DNA of 64,000 nucleotides from Macrostomum lignano (taxonomy: Eukaryota), in the NCBI GenBank assembly GCA_002269645.1, contig NIVC01000177.1, positions 124,001-188,000 on the forward strand, in the 5' to 3' direction. The notes below the pieces were generated by a model. It had not been told where the DNA came from, did no database searches, and saw nothing but the letters and a program-made list of their open reading frames with translations. The position numbers and the translations under genes were made by a program. Every line of letters begins with the position of its first letter. Positions within the stretch are counted from its first letter, which is position 1. This document shows, in pieces, positions 1 through 13,392 of this stretch.

Positions 1-531
1 GATCCCGTCATTAATCATCAAGTCAAGATCCCGTCATTAATCATCAATTCAAGATCCCGTCATTAATCATCAAGTCAAGATCCCGTCATTAATCATCAAG
101 TCAAGATCCCGTCATTAATCATCAAGTCAAGATCCCGTCATTAATTATCAAGTCAGGATCCCGTCATTAATCATCAAGTCAACATCACGTCGTTAATCAT
201 CAATTCAAGATCCCGTCATTAATCATCAAGTCAAGATCCCGTCATTAATCATCAAGTCAAGATCCCGTCATTAATCATCAAGTCAAGATCCCGTCATTAA
301 TCATCAAGTCAAGATCCCGTCATTAATCATCAATTTAAGATCCCGTCATTAATCATCAAGTCAAGATCCCGTCATTAATCATCAAGTCAAGATCCCGTCA
401 TTAATCATCAAGTCAAGATCCCGTCATTAATTATCAAGTCAGGATCCCGTCATTAATTATCAAGTCAGGATCCCGTCATTAATCATTAAGTCAAGATCCC
501 GTCATTAATTATCAAGTCAAGATCCCGTCAT
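1..531. repeat. 26-bp minisatellite (GATCCCGTCATTAATCATCAAGTCAA)n, about 20 copies, in the intron upstream of the SH2 exon
   Basis: Tandem copies visible from base 1. The last partial copy runs directly into the acceptor (gatcccgtcattcag|536). Confidence 0.97.
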
Positions 532-535
532 TCAG

Positions 536-1031
536 AATATTTTTTGTCTACCCTGCCTACTCGACTGCAGCAGCGTCCAGCTGGACCCCAGTCGATCCCA
601 ACCTGCCGCTATCCGAGCAGCCCTGGTTCCACCCTGGCCCTGGCATGGACCGGCAGACCGCTGAGCAGCTTCTCCGGCCCCATCCCGAAGGCGCATTCCT
701 GGTCCGCTGCTGTCAAACAGCTGACAGCTCGGCTGATCAGCAGCAGCGGCAGTACTCACTGAGCCTGCGCGGCCGTCACGGCCAGCAGTGCATTCACATG
801 CGCATCGAGCGCACCCAGCAGGGTCAGTACGTGCTCGGCCAGTATTCCCAGCCATTCACATCCGTGCCGCTAATGATTCGCCACTACGGCGAGCACCTGT
901 TGCCAATTAAAGGCATTGATAGAATTATCCTGGGCATGCCGGTTGTAGCCAGCGGCAAGTCCGCCACCAAGGACGCCAAATCGGCAGGGGAGCCGCCTGG
1001 AGACAATCAGGCTTCAACTACTCAGCTCTAA
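536..1031 (+). CDS. Terminal coding exon of an SH2-domain adaptor, SHB/SHD/SHE/SHF-like (5' exons lie outside the window)
   Basis: Frame from 537 reads VDPNLPLSEQPWFH...AEQLLR...FLVR...YSLSLR...HMRI...YVLGQYSQPFTSVPLMIRHY...LPIKG. This resembles the C-terminal SH2 of the SHB family (YVLGQNSPPF..VP...HY...LPIKG). Acceptor cag at 533-535; the exact acceptor is uncertain. Confidence 0.85.
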
Positions 1032-1180
1032 ATATCATGTGTATAACATTTTCCACTCAGCTTCATCCAGTCATTGAAGTCAATCTTAAAGCTTGAAAAC
1101 TGGGCTACTTGCTATCTATGCAATGCAAATTAGCTTTTAGCCTGATAATATCGTTGGAAGATGCAGGTTCTGTCGGTCTT

Positions 1181-1646
1181 GACCGTAGACAATGCAAACT
1201 ACATTTCAGTCATAATATCGTAACACGCGCAAGCCTGTTGGTTTTGGCCATAGACAATGCTAATATTGATTACACGCATAGGTCTGTCTGTCTTGGCCAT
1301 AGACTTAGACAATGCAAACTATATTTCAGTCAGATAATACTGATTACACGCATAGGTCTGTAGGTCTTGGCCATAGACAATGCAAACTATATTTTAGTCA
1401 GACCATACTGATTAGGTCTGTGGGTCTTGGCCATAGACAATGCAAACTATATATCAGTCAGATAATACTGATTAGGTCTGTGGGTCTTGGCCATAGACAA
1501 TGCAAACTATATTTCAGTCAGATAATACTGATTACACGCATAGGTCTGTGGGTCTTGGCCATAGACAATGCAAACTAGATTTCAGTCAGATAATACTGAT
1601 TACACGCATAGGTCTGTGGGTCTTGGCCATAGACAATGCAAACTAT
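1181..1646. repeat. Minisatellite with 58-68 bp unit (CATAGACAATGCAAACTATATTTCAGTCAGATAATACTGATT[ACACGCAT]AGGTCTGTGGGTCTTGGC)
   Basis: About 7 tandem copies; an internal segment is present in some copies and absent in others. Confidence 0.9.
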
Positions 1647-3390
1647 GCATAGTAGAGGCGTGAGTTTCGACCATAGACGAAGGTTTTCCCTCAATTTTTA
1701 ATCCTGCAGCTCAGCCAATTAGCTTGAGTCCAATTTAGAAATGAATTGCAATCGATAAGAATCTACAGGTTCGATTTCATTAAAGTACTTATCATCACTT
1801 TTAGTCTATGGTCAAAAGCCTGAGCTGGTTGGCATAGCCTGGGAAGTGCCTGTACTTATCAGTGCATATTGAGTCAGATATTTTGGCAGCTTTTGATTTT
1901 GTTTTTGAGCTCTCTAATAAATAGAATTTTAATGGTTCTTAGTCAAAGTTTTGTTTGGCTGCCAAGTGTGGCTTATACGAGTATGAATGCAAGTTCAATA
2001 TTGTCACTGGAGACATTGTTTCTGTGTATAGCAATTCTATCATATCATTTTTCCTAACTTTTACTAGCTGGTAATTGCGCATATTTTATTAGAATATTCC
2101 ATTTCTAAATCTTCTGCTGATTGATTTTTTAACAATTAAAAGTCATTTATATAATAGCGCTGTACCTTGATCTGATTCATGCGCTTGCACTTTTTCTGCG
2201 TTTTTGCTTCATTTCCAGCTTTCAACACTTTTAATTCAGACCTGAGGTTTAATCTGTAGGTTCCACTTCCCAGTTGTCGCCGGAAACTAAGAAATTTGGG
2301 CACCTTTTAAAAACTTTTCAAAAAATACAAGCAAAAAATTTCCAATTCTCTACTTTAAGTAGAAATTTTGTCATGGAAACTTGTATCATTTTTTAGATAA
2401 AATTGATTAAAATTAGATTCCCTACTACAAGTCATCAACAAAGAAATTGTTAGTCACATAGGTTTTTTTAATTGTGAAGTCTAGGAGTATTTTATTCGCC
2501 AAGAACCTAAAAAATGCTGAAAAGGCTCAGTATTTTTTTGTGTGTACATATCATCTTTTGAATTATTCTATTTGCTAGCCTAGCAAATTTCCCTTTATTT
2601 TATAGAGTAATTTTTCATATTTTAATCGGAATAGAATGATATATAATGATAATTATTATTGTATTGATTATGCAGATATTTTGTACATTTTATAAATCAA
2701 GCAAGGACCAATTTTTGCTAACCACGCTATCGTCCAAGGGTCTGTCTCTGTCTACCTTTGCTTTGGTGCCTTGGCCTGAGGGACAAGATTAGCCAAATTG
2801 TCAATTGTAATTCTATTTTGTTTTGCTTTACTAATCCCTGATCGATTTCAAAATCCAATTTATTTCGCCTATTCCTTGTGTGCGTGTGCCAGTTTTTTAT
2901 TAACTGTTTTTATAAGCGCTTCTCATTTTTATTAATATTATTATTGATATTGCTCACGTATTTAAAGAGTAGCAACGGCGACAGCAATAGTAAGTTTGCC
3001 TTCAAGCGGTGCAATATATCCTATCCATAATCTATATGCGCGCCATTATACAGCTTTGTTGAGGAGCGACTCTTATAACTAAATAGCTGATTTTTACTTT
3101 TAAGTGCTAACTATTGTAAGTTCTTTTTGTGTTTAAGAACGGACCAGGATTAAGGTAGTGAGTCATTAATGTCTTTTAATTAGATTGACCCCTTTTATTC
3201 TGAGCTAGGGGTGTTACAATAACCAAAATGGCGTCAAGACGAAGTTGAGCGCCAAGATGAGGATTTGATGCTAATAAGAGGGTTTGACACCAAGAAGAGG
3301 GTTTGACGCTAGTAAGATGTTGGTTGAACCTGTAATACGTAAATGCATTTCAAAATGTTCATTCGATTGAAATTGCATCGCAGACTATAT

Positions 3391-3605
3391 CAAGGGTCCG
3401 CGAAGCCGCCCTATCTGACACTCTGGTCCGTGAAACTTCACATTACGGCCCGCTTAAGGTTTGTATCTTCTCTCCAGTCTCCACTTTTCTCACCTCTCCA
3501 CCCCTTTCTCGCCCCTCTCATCTCCCTCTCCTCTCTGCCCCGCAGGCCGCAGTCGTGCACACATGCTACATCAGACCCTATGTTAAAAAAGTTTGCTGAC
3601 CCCTG
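3391..3605. mobile_element. hAT/Charlie-like MITE copy, right end intact
   Basis: Ends in GTTTGCTGACCCCTG, the reverse complement of a CAGGGGTCAGCAAAC-type TIR. The interior (GAAACTTCAC...TACGGCCCGCTTAAGGTTT plus a CT-rich tract) matches 28335-28510. Confidence 0.55.
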
Positions 3606-5875
3606 GACTACATAACATAGATATATTGTAACATTGACACCGTATCGTTGTCCACAATTTGTCCTCAAACTACTCAGTAGTAGCGAGTGTGGTAAACTGT
3701 GGTAAAATGCAGAAGACAAAACCGGCTTAAATAGGAGTCATTGCGCATCGCTTAGACATCGTTCGGAGCGCTTTTTGATCGATAGCTTCTTATTCTCAAA
3801 AAGCATGCAATGCATTCCGGACTGCGTGGTACTTTTCCGTTTATCTTGGCCGGTCGGACAGACAACAAACGAAAAAGTCCTATTATTTAATATTATATTT
3901 TTTACTCGTGGGGAAAAGCAGCTCAACGTGCGATAAAAACTGGCTATAGAAACAGAATACAGAAGTAAAAAACGCACGACCGGGGGGGGGGGGCTGAGAA
4001 AACGCTGCAAAACAAAAGCGGCACGAGCTGCAAGATAAGGAAAAAATCTCTTTAGAGTGGAACAGAATCGAGTTCAAAGTTGCTTGCCGGTCCGCTGAGA
4101 CCCTAGTTACCGGCAGCTATTTACTATCGAGAACACTCTGACCTGCTATACAAGCAGAATGCAGATTTGTCAATGCAATAATATAGCAGTCTGCGATATA
4201 CTTGCTGAATAGCTACCGGTGCCTAGGGGGGCCTCTGGGCGTTGTCGGGACCGATATAATTCCAGAGAAGGACTGGGAAAGTTGGAATAGATACGAGAGA
4301 GGAGACAGATTTTACACTCTACTATCAGTATGTACTGGATTTGCTTAAAAAACTAATTCAGTCCTTGGCTTTCTGCCAGACGCTGTAAGCTATACCGGAA
4401 GCAGAAAAGATGTGGAATTAATTTTAATTGGCTATCTTTGGCGACTATGGCACAAGCCGTGCAGCTCTTGATCAGGCAGCTCGCCGGTTCCCAGTCTAGC
4501 AGGAACCATGTTGCCATGGCAACACGATAATATAAATCGCTTCGAAATGCCCAATTCGGAGCTGCACAGCCGAATGCTATTCGCGCTGCTCTTTCATTCG
4601 CTTTAATTACCGATTAACTTACCGACAGGGAGGCAAGGCCAACTCCTTATAGTATAATGCTGATAAGCCGCATAAAAATAAGATAGTTTGCCGGAAAACT
4701 GGCTCAAATTGTTAAAGGCGAGCTAATATATATATACGGCCTATACTATAGTAGAAGGCAGGCAGACAGGCCGTGCCGCGGGGTCGGTGGCGTGTGTGTG
4801 GGGGTGAGAAATAGTCGGTCAATCAGCTGTTCGCCAGGCGCGCTCGGATTGGACAGTCAGGGCTGCCCCTCTCTCCCCCCACACGGGGTCCTACTCCCCC
4901 CACTGGTAGCGCACATGGCTTGTGCACACGCCGCGCTGGACTTGATCATCAGCTGATACAGTCACGCCCGCCCTCTTAGCCCCCCTAACCCCCCTGTCTC
5001 TCTTAGTCTTTATAGCAAGCACATGGAGCGCTTTAATCTTTCTCACATATATGCCCCTCCCCACCCTCCAGTTGGTTTGTCTCGCTGCGCACATAGTTGA
5101 TCTAGAAACCGCTGCCTGCCCGCCTGTTTGCCTTCACTCACTGCCACCCCCTTGCGTCTCCCCGCATTGCCTAAGATTTTTAACACGGCTTTCTCTTTCT
5201 TTCACCAAGCCCTTTAGCCCATGTAAACCCAATGGTAATTTGTCAGGGTGTAGAATTGTAGAACTAACCTGACTAACATCAGCTAAAAGGACGGGCTTTA
5301 ATAATGCATTCTTATTACTCTGAGGTGCTTGCTGGGCTGGCTGCTCAGCCTTGATGCCCAGCTAGCTATTTAACAGCCATTGTACAGTGCAGTTGCAACA
5401 CTTGTGCACGCGGGCTCATGGGCCCGTTGGGCCTGTACTCAGAGAGTCTGTCTGTTCACACAGAAGTGTTCACAGCTAGCTTACTGGAAATGCCAAAAAA
5501 GCTGAGCAATGAAGAGTAGCCAGAGACTGTGACTGTGAGAGAGAAAAGCAAGGGAAACAGACAGGATTATTACAGGAAACAATCTTAGTGAAGCGTAAGA
5601 AGCAATTCCAAATCCTTATGTCCGACTGTAAGCAAGGCTTACTAGCAGCAGTGATCGCAAGAATGTAGAACTGATGCCACCCCTTGCTTGTAGCAGTTTT
5701 TGTTTTCAGCCAGCCACCAATCCAACCCACCGCTGTGTTGTACTTGTTGCTAATTCAGATTCGAATACTATCAATAGATGCTGCTGTTTCCGATCGAATG
5801 AATGCAGCAAATGCTTTCTGCAATTTTCTAAGACATTCAGGCTTTTTGTTGTGACACTGGCTTTTCCGTGACAGC

Positions 5876-6957
5876 AAGTGACCCACTGTCTAGCCGGTGA
5901 CCCACTGTCTACCCGGTGACCCACTGTCTAGCCAGTGACCCACTGTCTACCTGGTGACCCACTGTCTAGCCGGTGACCCACTGTCTACCCGGTGACTCAC
6001 TGTCTACCTGGTGACCCACTGTCTATAGCCAGTGACCCACTGTCTACCTGGTGACCCACTGTCTATAGCCAGTGACCCACTGTCTAGCCGGTGACCCACT
6101 GTCTAGCCGGTGAACCACTGTCTAGCCGGTGACCCACTGTCTAGCCGGTGACCCACTGTCTACCTAGTGACCCACTGTCTACCCGGTGACCCACTGTCTA
6201 GCCGGTGACCCACTGTCTAGCCGGTGACCCACTGTCTAGCCGGTGACCCCCTGTCTAGCCGGTGACCCTCTGTCTAGCCGGTGACCCACTGTCTAGCCGG
6301 TGACCCCCTGTCTAGCCGGTGACCCTCTGTCTAGCCGGTGACCCACTGTCTAGCCGGTGACCCACTGTCTAGCCGGTACCCAGTGACCCACTGTCTAGCC
6401 GGTGACCCACTGTCTAGCCGGTGACCCACTGTCTACCTGGTGATCCACTGTCTACCCGGTGACCCACTGTCTAGCCGGTGACCCACTGTCTAGCCGGTGC
6501 CCGGTGACCCACTGTCTAGCCGGTGACCCACTGTCTAGCCGGTACCCAGTGACCCACTGTCTAGCCGGTGACCCACTGTCTAGCCGGTGTCTAGCCGGTG
6601 ACCCCCTGTCTAGCCGGTGTCTAGCCGGTGACCCCCTGTCTAGCCGGTGTCTAGCCGGTGACCCCCTGTCTAGCCGGTGTCTAGCCGGTGACCCCCTGTC
6701 TAGCCGGTGTCTAGCCGGTGACCCCCTGTCTAGCCGGTGTCTAGCCGGTGACCCCCTGTCTAGCCGGTGTCTAGCCGGTGACCCCCTGTCTAGCCGGTGT
6801 CTAGCCGGTGACCCCCTGTCTAGCCGGTGTCTAGCTGGTGACCCCCTGTCTAGCCGGTGTCTAGCCGGTGACCCCCTGTCTAGCCGGTGTCTAGCCGGTG
6901 ACCCCCTGTCTAGCCGGTGTCTAGCCGGTGACCCACTGTCTAGCCGGTGACCCACTC
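5876..6957. repeat. 19-bp minisatellite (GTGACCCACTGTCTAGCCG)n that changes to a 30-bp unit in its 3' part
   Basis: Directly visible. The 30-mer arises from an internal duplication of TGTCTAGCCGG. Confidence 0.97.
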
Positions 6958-7777
6958 TCTTGGCAGACGATCGGTAAACGTGTGTACAGTCACAATGTAC
7001 GCCAGCAATTTTTAGTCGAACTTTTTATTACATTAACCCTATGAGCAGGATTATAGCAGGAATACCGCTAGCCAAAGCCTCCCAGCGAAAGCAAAAATTA
7101 CAACCAAAACCACTTCCAGGTCTCCCCCCAACCCCCCTACCCTATCTCTGTCGAGTACGAACCGGGACTGCATCTGCTGTCTGAGTTTCGAGACTAGGAG
7201 CAAGAGCTCGTGAGCAGTGGGGGCATAGTCCGCATACGTATCGGAGAGAGCTTGAAGCGAATCTTTTCAGAGAGAAAGAGAGAGAGAAATACGCAGAAAT
7301 CGATCAACGCGCATTGCATACTTTGCGAGCCCATAGGCCCGCTTCACTCCTTCCTCTTGTGATCCCCTCTCCTCACAAGCTAATATCCCTCTCTCCCTCT
7401 ACTAAGTCCCACTCCCTGCTGTCTGACTCAGATATGAAAGATCTTGGTCGGGAGATGATTTTTTCAACTTACTCTCTCCCCTCACAATACAATCTGTACC
7501 GTCTAGAGTCCTTGGCTTGCCCTAGGCATAATATAGTATAATCTATTTCACACAATTCGTTTTGAGCACAGAAAAAACAACCCCGAGTGTCTAACACTCT
7601 AAGACTCTAAGCTTGGATCCCAGTTGGTAGGAATTTTTAAGATTGCAAATCTGAGTCACCTTCTCACCCACTCATCTTGTGTGCACGCGAGAGTGACGTG
7701 ATTGACTGTTGAAAATAATCCACGAAATATTAGCTAAAAGTATTAATGTATTAAAATATTAGCAAGTTTCCAGCGTG

Positions 7778-9214
7778 CCACTGCACGTCTAGACCCACTG
7801 CACGTCTAGACCCACTGCACGTCTAGACCCACTGCACGTCTAGACCCACTGCACGTCTAGACCCACTGCACGTCTAGACCCACTGCACGTCTAGACCCAC
7901 TGCACGTCTAGACCCACTGCACGTCTAGACCCACTGCACGTCTAGACCCACTGCACGTCTAGACCCACTGCACGTCTAGACCCACTGCACGTCTAGACCC
8001 ACTGCACGTCTAGACCCACTGCACGTCTAGACCCACTGCACGTCTAGACCCACTGCACGTCTAGACCCACTGCACGTCTAGACCCACTGCACGTCTAGAC
8101 CCACTGCACGTCTAGACCCACTGCACGTCTAGACCCACTGCACGTCTAGACCCACTGCACGTCTAGACCCACTGCACGTCTAGACCCACTGCACGTCTAG
8201 ACCCACTGCACGTCTAGACCCACTGCACGTCTAGACCCACTGCACGTCTAGACCCACTGCACGTCTAGACCCACTGCACGTCTAGACCCACTGCACGTCT
8301 AGACCCACTGCACGTCTAGACCCACTGCACGTCTAGACCCACTGCACGTCTAGACCCACTGCACGTCTAGACCCACTGCACGTCTAGACCCACTGCACGT
8401 CTAGACCCACTGCACGTCTAGACCCACTGCACGTCTAGACCCACTGCACGTCTAGACCCACTGCACGTCTAGACCCACTGCACGTCTAGACCCACTGCAC
8501 GTCTAGACCCACTGCACGTCTAGACCCACTGCACGTCTAGACCCACTGCACGTCTAGACCCACTGCACGTCTAGACCCACTGCACGTCTAGACCCACTGC
8601 ACGTCTAGACCCACTGCACGTCTAGACCCACTGCACGTCTAGACCCACTGCACGTCTAGACCCACTGCACGTCTAGACCCACTGCACGTCTAGACCCACT
8701 GCACGTCTAGACCCACTGCACGTCTAGACCCACTGCACGTCTAGACCCACTGCACGTCTAGACCCACTGCACGTCTAGACCCACTGCACGTCTAGACCCA
8801 CTGCACGTCTAGACCCACTGCACGTCTAGACCCACTGCACGTCTAGACCCACTGCACGTCTAGACCCACTGCACGTCTAGACCCACTGCACGTCTAGACC
8901 CACTGCACGTCTAGACCCACTGCACGTCTAGACCCACTGCACGTCTAGACCCACTGCACGTCTAGACCCACTGCACGTCTAGACCCACTGCACGTCTAGA
9001 CCCACTGCACGTCTAGACCCACTGCACGTCTAGACCCACTGCACGTCTAGACCCACTGCACGTCTAGACCCACTGCACGTCTAGACCCACTGCACGTCTA
9101 GACCCACTGCACGTCTAGACCCACTGCACGTCTAGACCCACTGCACGTCTAGACCCACTGCACGTCTAGACCCACTGCACGTCTAGACCCACTGCACGTC
9201 TAGACCCACTGCAC
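7778..9214. repeat. Essentially perfect 17-bp minisatellite (CCCACTGCACGTCTAGA)n, about 84 copies
   Basis: No variant copy seen across about 1.44 kb. Confidence 0.98.
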
Positions 9215-10278
9215 ATCTCTACCCCTGGGACCCCACTGCACAACTATTTAATAACTGCTTCGTGTTTATGCAATTCAATCACTAGTCGGTCACCAGAAGA
9301 AAAACAGAAAAAAGTACAAACTGACAGGTACAAGGCTGACCGACCGACACGAAGGCAAATAGACACTCTTGCAGACGATCGTATATAGCACATTGAAAAG
9401 TTTACTGTTTTTTTCAGCTTGTGGAAAGGTACAGTCTTGTGCTTTGTTAGTACAGACTTTCTCTTTACGTACTTACTATTACATATACATGCAGCCATCA
9501 TTATGCACTTGCTTCTCATTAAGTCAAAACTGACTCATTGTAATTTGTAAGCCTTTCATGTATTTTGAGTCACTCACTGATTTAGACCGTGCAATAATCT
9601 AATGAGTGTAGTTACAAAATTACTTTATTTGTTAGATATGCTACTGTTTGAAGTTTAAGTAGTATTTGTCGCACAGTTTTAGACGCTTCTCTCGTAACCA
9701 ACATTTGACTGGTTTGGTCGATTCTGAAATTCAGAATCTTTCCTCTTAGGATAGAAAGCTCAAGGCGCGTACATGTACGAGTATCAATAGCCGTACACAC
9801 ACATGCATTCTAGTGAGATCAAAAGTTTGGATAGCAGGACGAGGCATTTTAGTATAGCTTTACGATGCTCTACAGAGATACGATATGTAATGAATGAGCC
9901 TAGCTTAATGCATGTCTATAATTACTCTCGAAATAGACTCAGATCGACGGCAAAAATGCTGTCTTCCATCTTCCTTACCCAGATACTTGGGACCACCGAG
10001 CACGCACTCGGCGGTCGGGCACATGCACGTGATCCGCTGAGCATGCGCCGAAAGTGCGCATTGTGTTGCGCTTTGACTCAGTGGAAGCATGTCTTGCTCA
10101 GTACAAGACAATAGACACGACTCGAGCAAGCACAATGGCAGAAATGTACAACAGAGACAGTGGCGCAGACAGAGACTCTGGTAGCATGCAAATTGATAGT
10201 TGAGTGAGAAGAGAGAAAGATAAAAGCTGGCCCAGCTAGGACTCAGCTCGGGCAAGAACAAGCGCGCATCAGACAGCC

Positions 10279-11513
10279 ATGCAGATGAAGCCCGAAGCTC
10301 GGCAAGCCGCCCAGGCCGCCTTTCTATCGGAGGCGCTCGCTCTCCAGCCAGCCGACCGAGCCCGTCTCCTGTCCGAGTTGGACAGCCGAAGCTGCCGCGG
10401 CCGCCGTCCATTGCTGGCAAACTTCTGGACGATCCTGACGGTGATCGTAGTTGCACTGTACGCGGCCGCCATCGGCTTGGGCCACCTGCGGCCAGGTGGA
10501 ACGTGTCTAATCTTCGCGGGAGAGTTCCTGTCTGACGCCGCTCGCTACCCGGCCAACTGCGACCGGGTCTGCGCCGGCCTGACCGCCGTGCCAGTGGAGC
10601 CAGCCAATATCAGCCGGGCTCGATTCCGGGAGCTCTACGCTTACACCGGTCGGCCGGTGCTGGTGAAAGGCGCCGCCAGCGACTGGCCAGCCAAGCAGAA
10701 CTGGAACCTGACATTCTTCCGGGACCTGTACGACCGCTACCCCGACTCCTACCGGACCCAGAAGCGCCGGGCCCGCTACCTGCCATTCAGAATCGAGCTG
10801 CAGACGTTCTACGAGGCGCTGCACATGTCCGAGGAGCGACAGCAGCAGCCGTACTATTTCGGCTGGAGCAATTTGGACAACAATGTGCACAACGAGTTGA
10901 TGAAGTACTACACCTGGCCGCAGTACCTGCCGTTAGGTGTGCAGGGCTCCGTGCTCGATTGGTTCTTCATTGGGGCGGCCGAGTTCGGGGCTCCGGTGCA
11001 TGTGAGTTAGCGCTAAAACTGTTGACTTGCATCGGAACATTTTCAAACCAATAAACACGAAATGTTGACTTTTTAAAAGCAGCAACCATTGCACTATATC
11101 TCTATTTAATCAAACGCAGCTCGATCACATTCTGCGACCCAGTTGGCAGGCCCTGATCAAGGGTCGCAAGACTTGGGAGATTCAACCGCCTAGCGAGTGT
11201 TCCAGCGTCTGCCAGACCCTCCGAGTTCAGATGGAGCCCGGGGACATATGTAAGCCAGGCCCGAGAGCATTGATGAATGATATAAGAATTTTATAGAAGT
11301 TTTGTTCGTGAAATCTTGGATAAAACATGCATGAAACACGTGTCAAACCATGCATAGCTGCATAATTGCGTCATATAATTTCTAACCTTTCCAAGCTAGC
11401 TAAATAAAAACTAACTAATCATTCCAGTCAACGTGGACACGAACCAGTGGTATCACGCTACCTTCAACGAGCCGGGTGTGTTCAGTCTCACTATTGGAGC
11501 CGAGTACGACTGA
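10279..11513 (+). CDS. Membrane-anchored JmjC/cupin-like 2-oxoglutarate oxygenase, 312 aa; join(10279..11001,11120..11249,11428..11513)
   Basis: TM segment FWTILTVIVVALYAAAIGLG, then ISRARFRELYAYTGRPVLVKGAASDWPA (JmjC-flanking motif). Splicing at CAT|gtgagt..cgcag|CTC and ATAT|gtaagc..ccag|TC is phase-consistent and gives GAPVHLDH...SWQALIKGRKTW...MEPGDIFNVDTNQWYHAT...TIGAEYD*, an HxD...H metal triad. Confidence 0.9.
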
Positions 11514-11822
11514 GTTAAACGCAAATTTTAAACAAACTGCATGACCATCAAAACAGACTTTTAGACTTTTAACCAACACTTGGTTTGATACTGAAGCCGG
11601 CGTTGACTTCTTACAAGCATACTTAATCAGTGCTATTAAGTGAATTTAAAAAAATAATGCACAATATGTTTAATACAATTGCTCTCTAATAAACTACCAT
11701 TCATCGAAATTGTGACTTACAACGTGTTGGTGTTGATGCGTTTGAATTTAGTCAAAAACAGCATATCACTGACATCAGTTTCTTCATTCAATGCTTCTAA
11801 ATTATTCATTACTCAAACAATA

Positions 11823-11922
11823 CATTCTTCAGTGAGCCTCATTAAAACTTCATTCTTCAGTGAGCCTCATTAGAGCTTCACTCTTCAGTGAGCCTCATTA
11901 GAACTTCATTCTTCAGTGAGCC
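11823..11922. repeat. Short 28-bp tandem repeat (CATTCTTCAGTGAGCCTCATTAAAACTT), about 3.5 copies
   Basis: Directly visible. Confidence 0.8.
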
Positions 11923-12451
11923 ACTGGTTCCTTATTCGGTGAGGCTCATTAAAACACTATTTTTAATTAGATACCCCTTCATTATTCAGTGAATGATCTG
12001 TTTTATTAAAGGTTCTATCGTGGGAAAAGAACAAAATAAGCGAACAAAACTGATTTGATTGCGCATTTCCGCTACAACAATTGATGTAGGGTAAAAGGGA
12101 AACAAAACAAAACGACTTTTATCTGTTCTAGGCACAATTATATAATATAGTAATTACCAATTTTTATTGAAACAAGCGACAACACAATACTCGACAAGAC
12201 AAATAACAATCTATTTAGCGCGATATTCTCTACACAAAAGTAAACTGAGTCAAAGGGTGGAGCCCGCACAACAAGGTGCGTCGCAAAACAAATGTTAAGA
12301 AGCAAAAAAGCAAAGACAAAAATAGGATTAAGTGTATATAACTTGGTGTATATGTGTAGCAAAGCATACCCGGAGGAAAAAGATAACAGTACTTTGCGTA
12401 CTTTAATTTGACTGAACTAGGGTGGAAGTTGATTTCACTTCTACGGGTAGC

Positions 12452-12725
12452 GATTGGTGTTATCAGGGCTGGGCGTGGCCGTATGTACATTGGGGTAGGA
12501 GTTGATGTTTTCAGGGCTGGGCGTGGCCGTATGTACATTGGGGTAGGAATTGATGTTATCAGGGCTGGGCGTGGCCGTGTGTACATTGGGGTAGGAATTG
12601 ATGTTATCGGGGCTGGGCGTGGCCGTGTGTACATTTGGGTAGGAATTGATGTTATCGGGGCTGGGCGTGGCCGTGTGTACATTGGGGTAGGAATTGATGT
12701 TATCGGGGCTGGGCGTGGCCGTGTT
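12452..12725. repeat. 48-bp minisatellite, about 6 copies
   Basis: Unit ATTGATGTTATCGGGGCTGGGCGTGGCCGTGTGTACATTGGGGTAGGA. Confidence 0.92.
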
Positions 12726-13392
12726 TACAGTACCGTATTAAACAGCCAAGGCATTTCAAGCAGCCAATAACCTAGCCGCAAAACCAAACAAAACTTTCCA
12801 TCCGGATATGAATACACTCGTATATGAGCGTAATAAAGAAATAATCACAACTCGTAAACTCGCTTATGTTTTAACACAGACACAAGGAAGCAGAGAATAA
12901 TTGACGAACAGAGATTGATAAATAGGAGAGACGATCTCCTGTGCAATAGACTTCATACACATGTAAATGAATGAATCGGCAGCAAGGGCTGTGCAACCAT
13001 AACACCAACGCGCCCTGTGACCAGAAAGAAAATGAATGGTAGCCAAATAAAAATACTAACGATATCATAGAAAGAATATGCCACTGAAGTCGGAATATGA
13101 ACTGGACTGTGCATTGCTTTGTTTTGGAATAGATAACAAAACATTTGGAAGTTTCACATTATAAGCAAGCAAGTAGACAATAATTACAATATTCATTACT
13201 CAATTATCAATGATAAATTGTTTACTGCAAATTTCAGGTACTCGTTTGTAGTATAATCAATAATGCTAACACGAATGTCCTACGAGTAAAATAAGCCATT
13301 TCTATGCAGACGCTTACTGGAAAAGGGGGACTGTGTCTAGCAGCTGATTTCAAGCTCAATTACTGCCTGGGTCAGACAGGGACCCAGGCTGA

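Noticed and set aside
6452-6955. 167-aa and 163-aa ORFs with repeated peptides
   Set aside because: These are translations of the 30-bp minisatellite, with no independent coding evidence.
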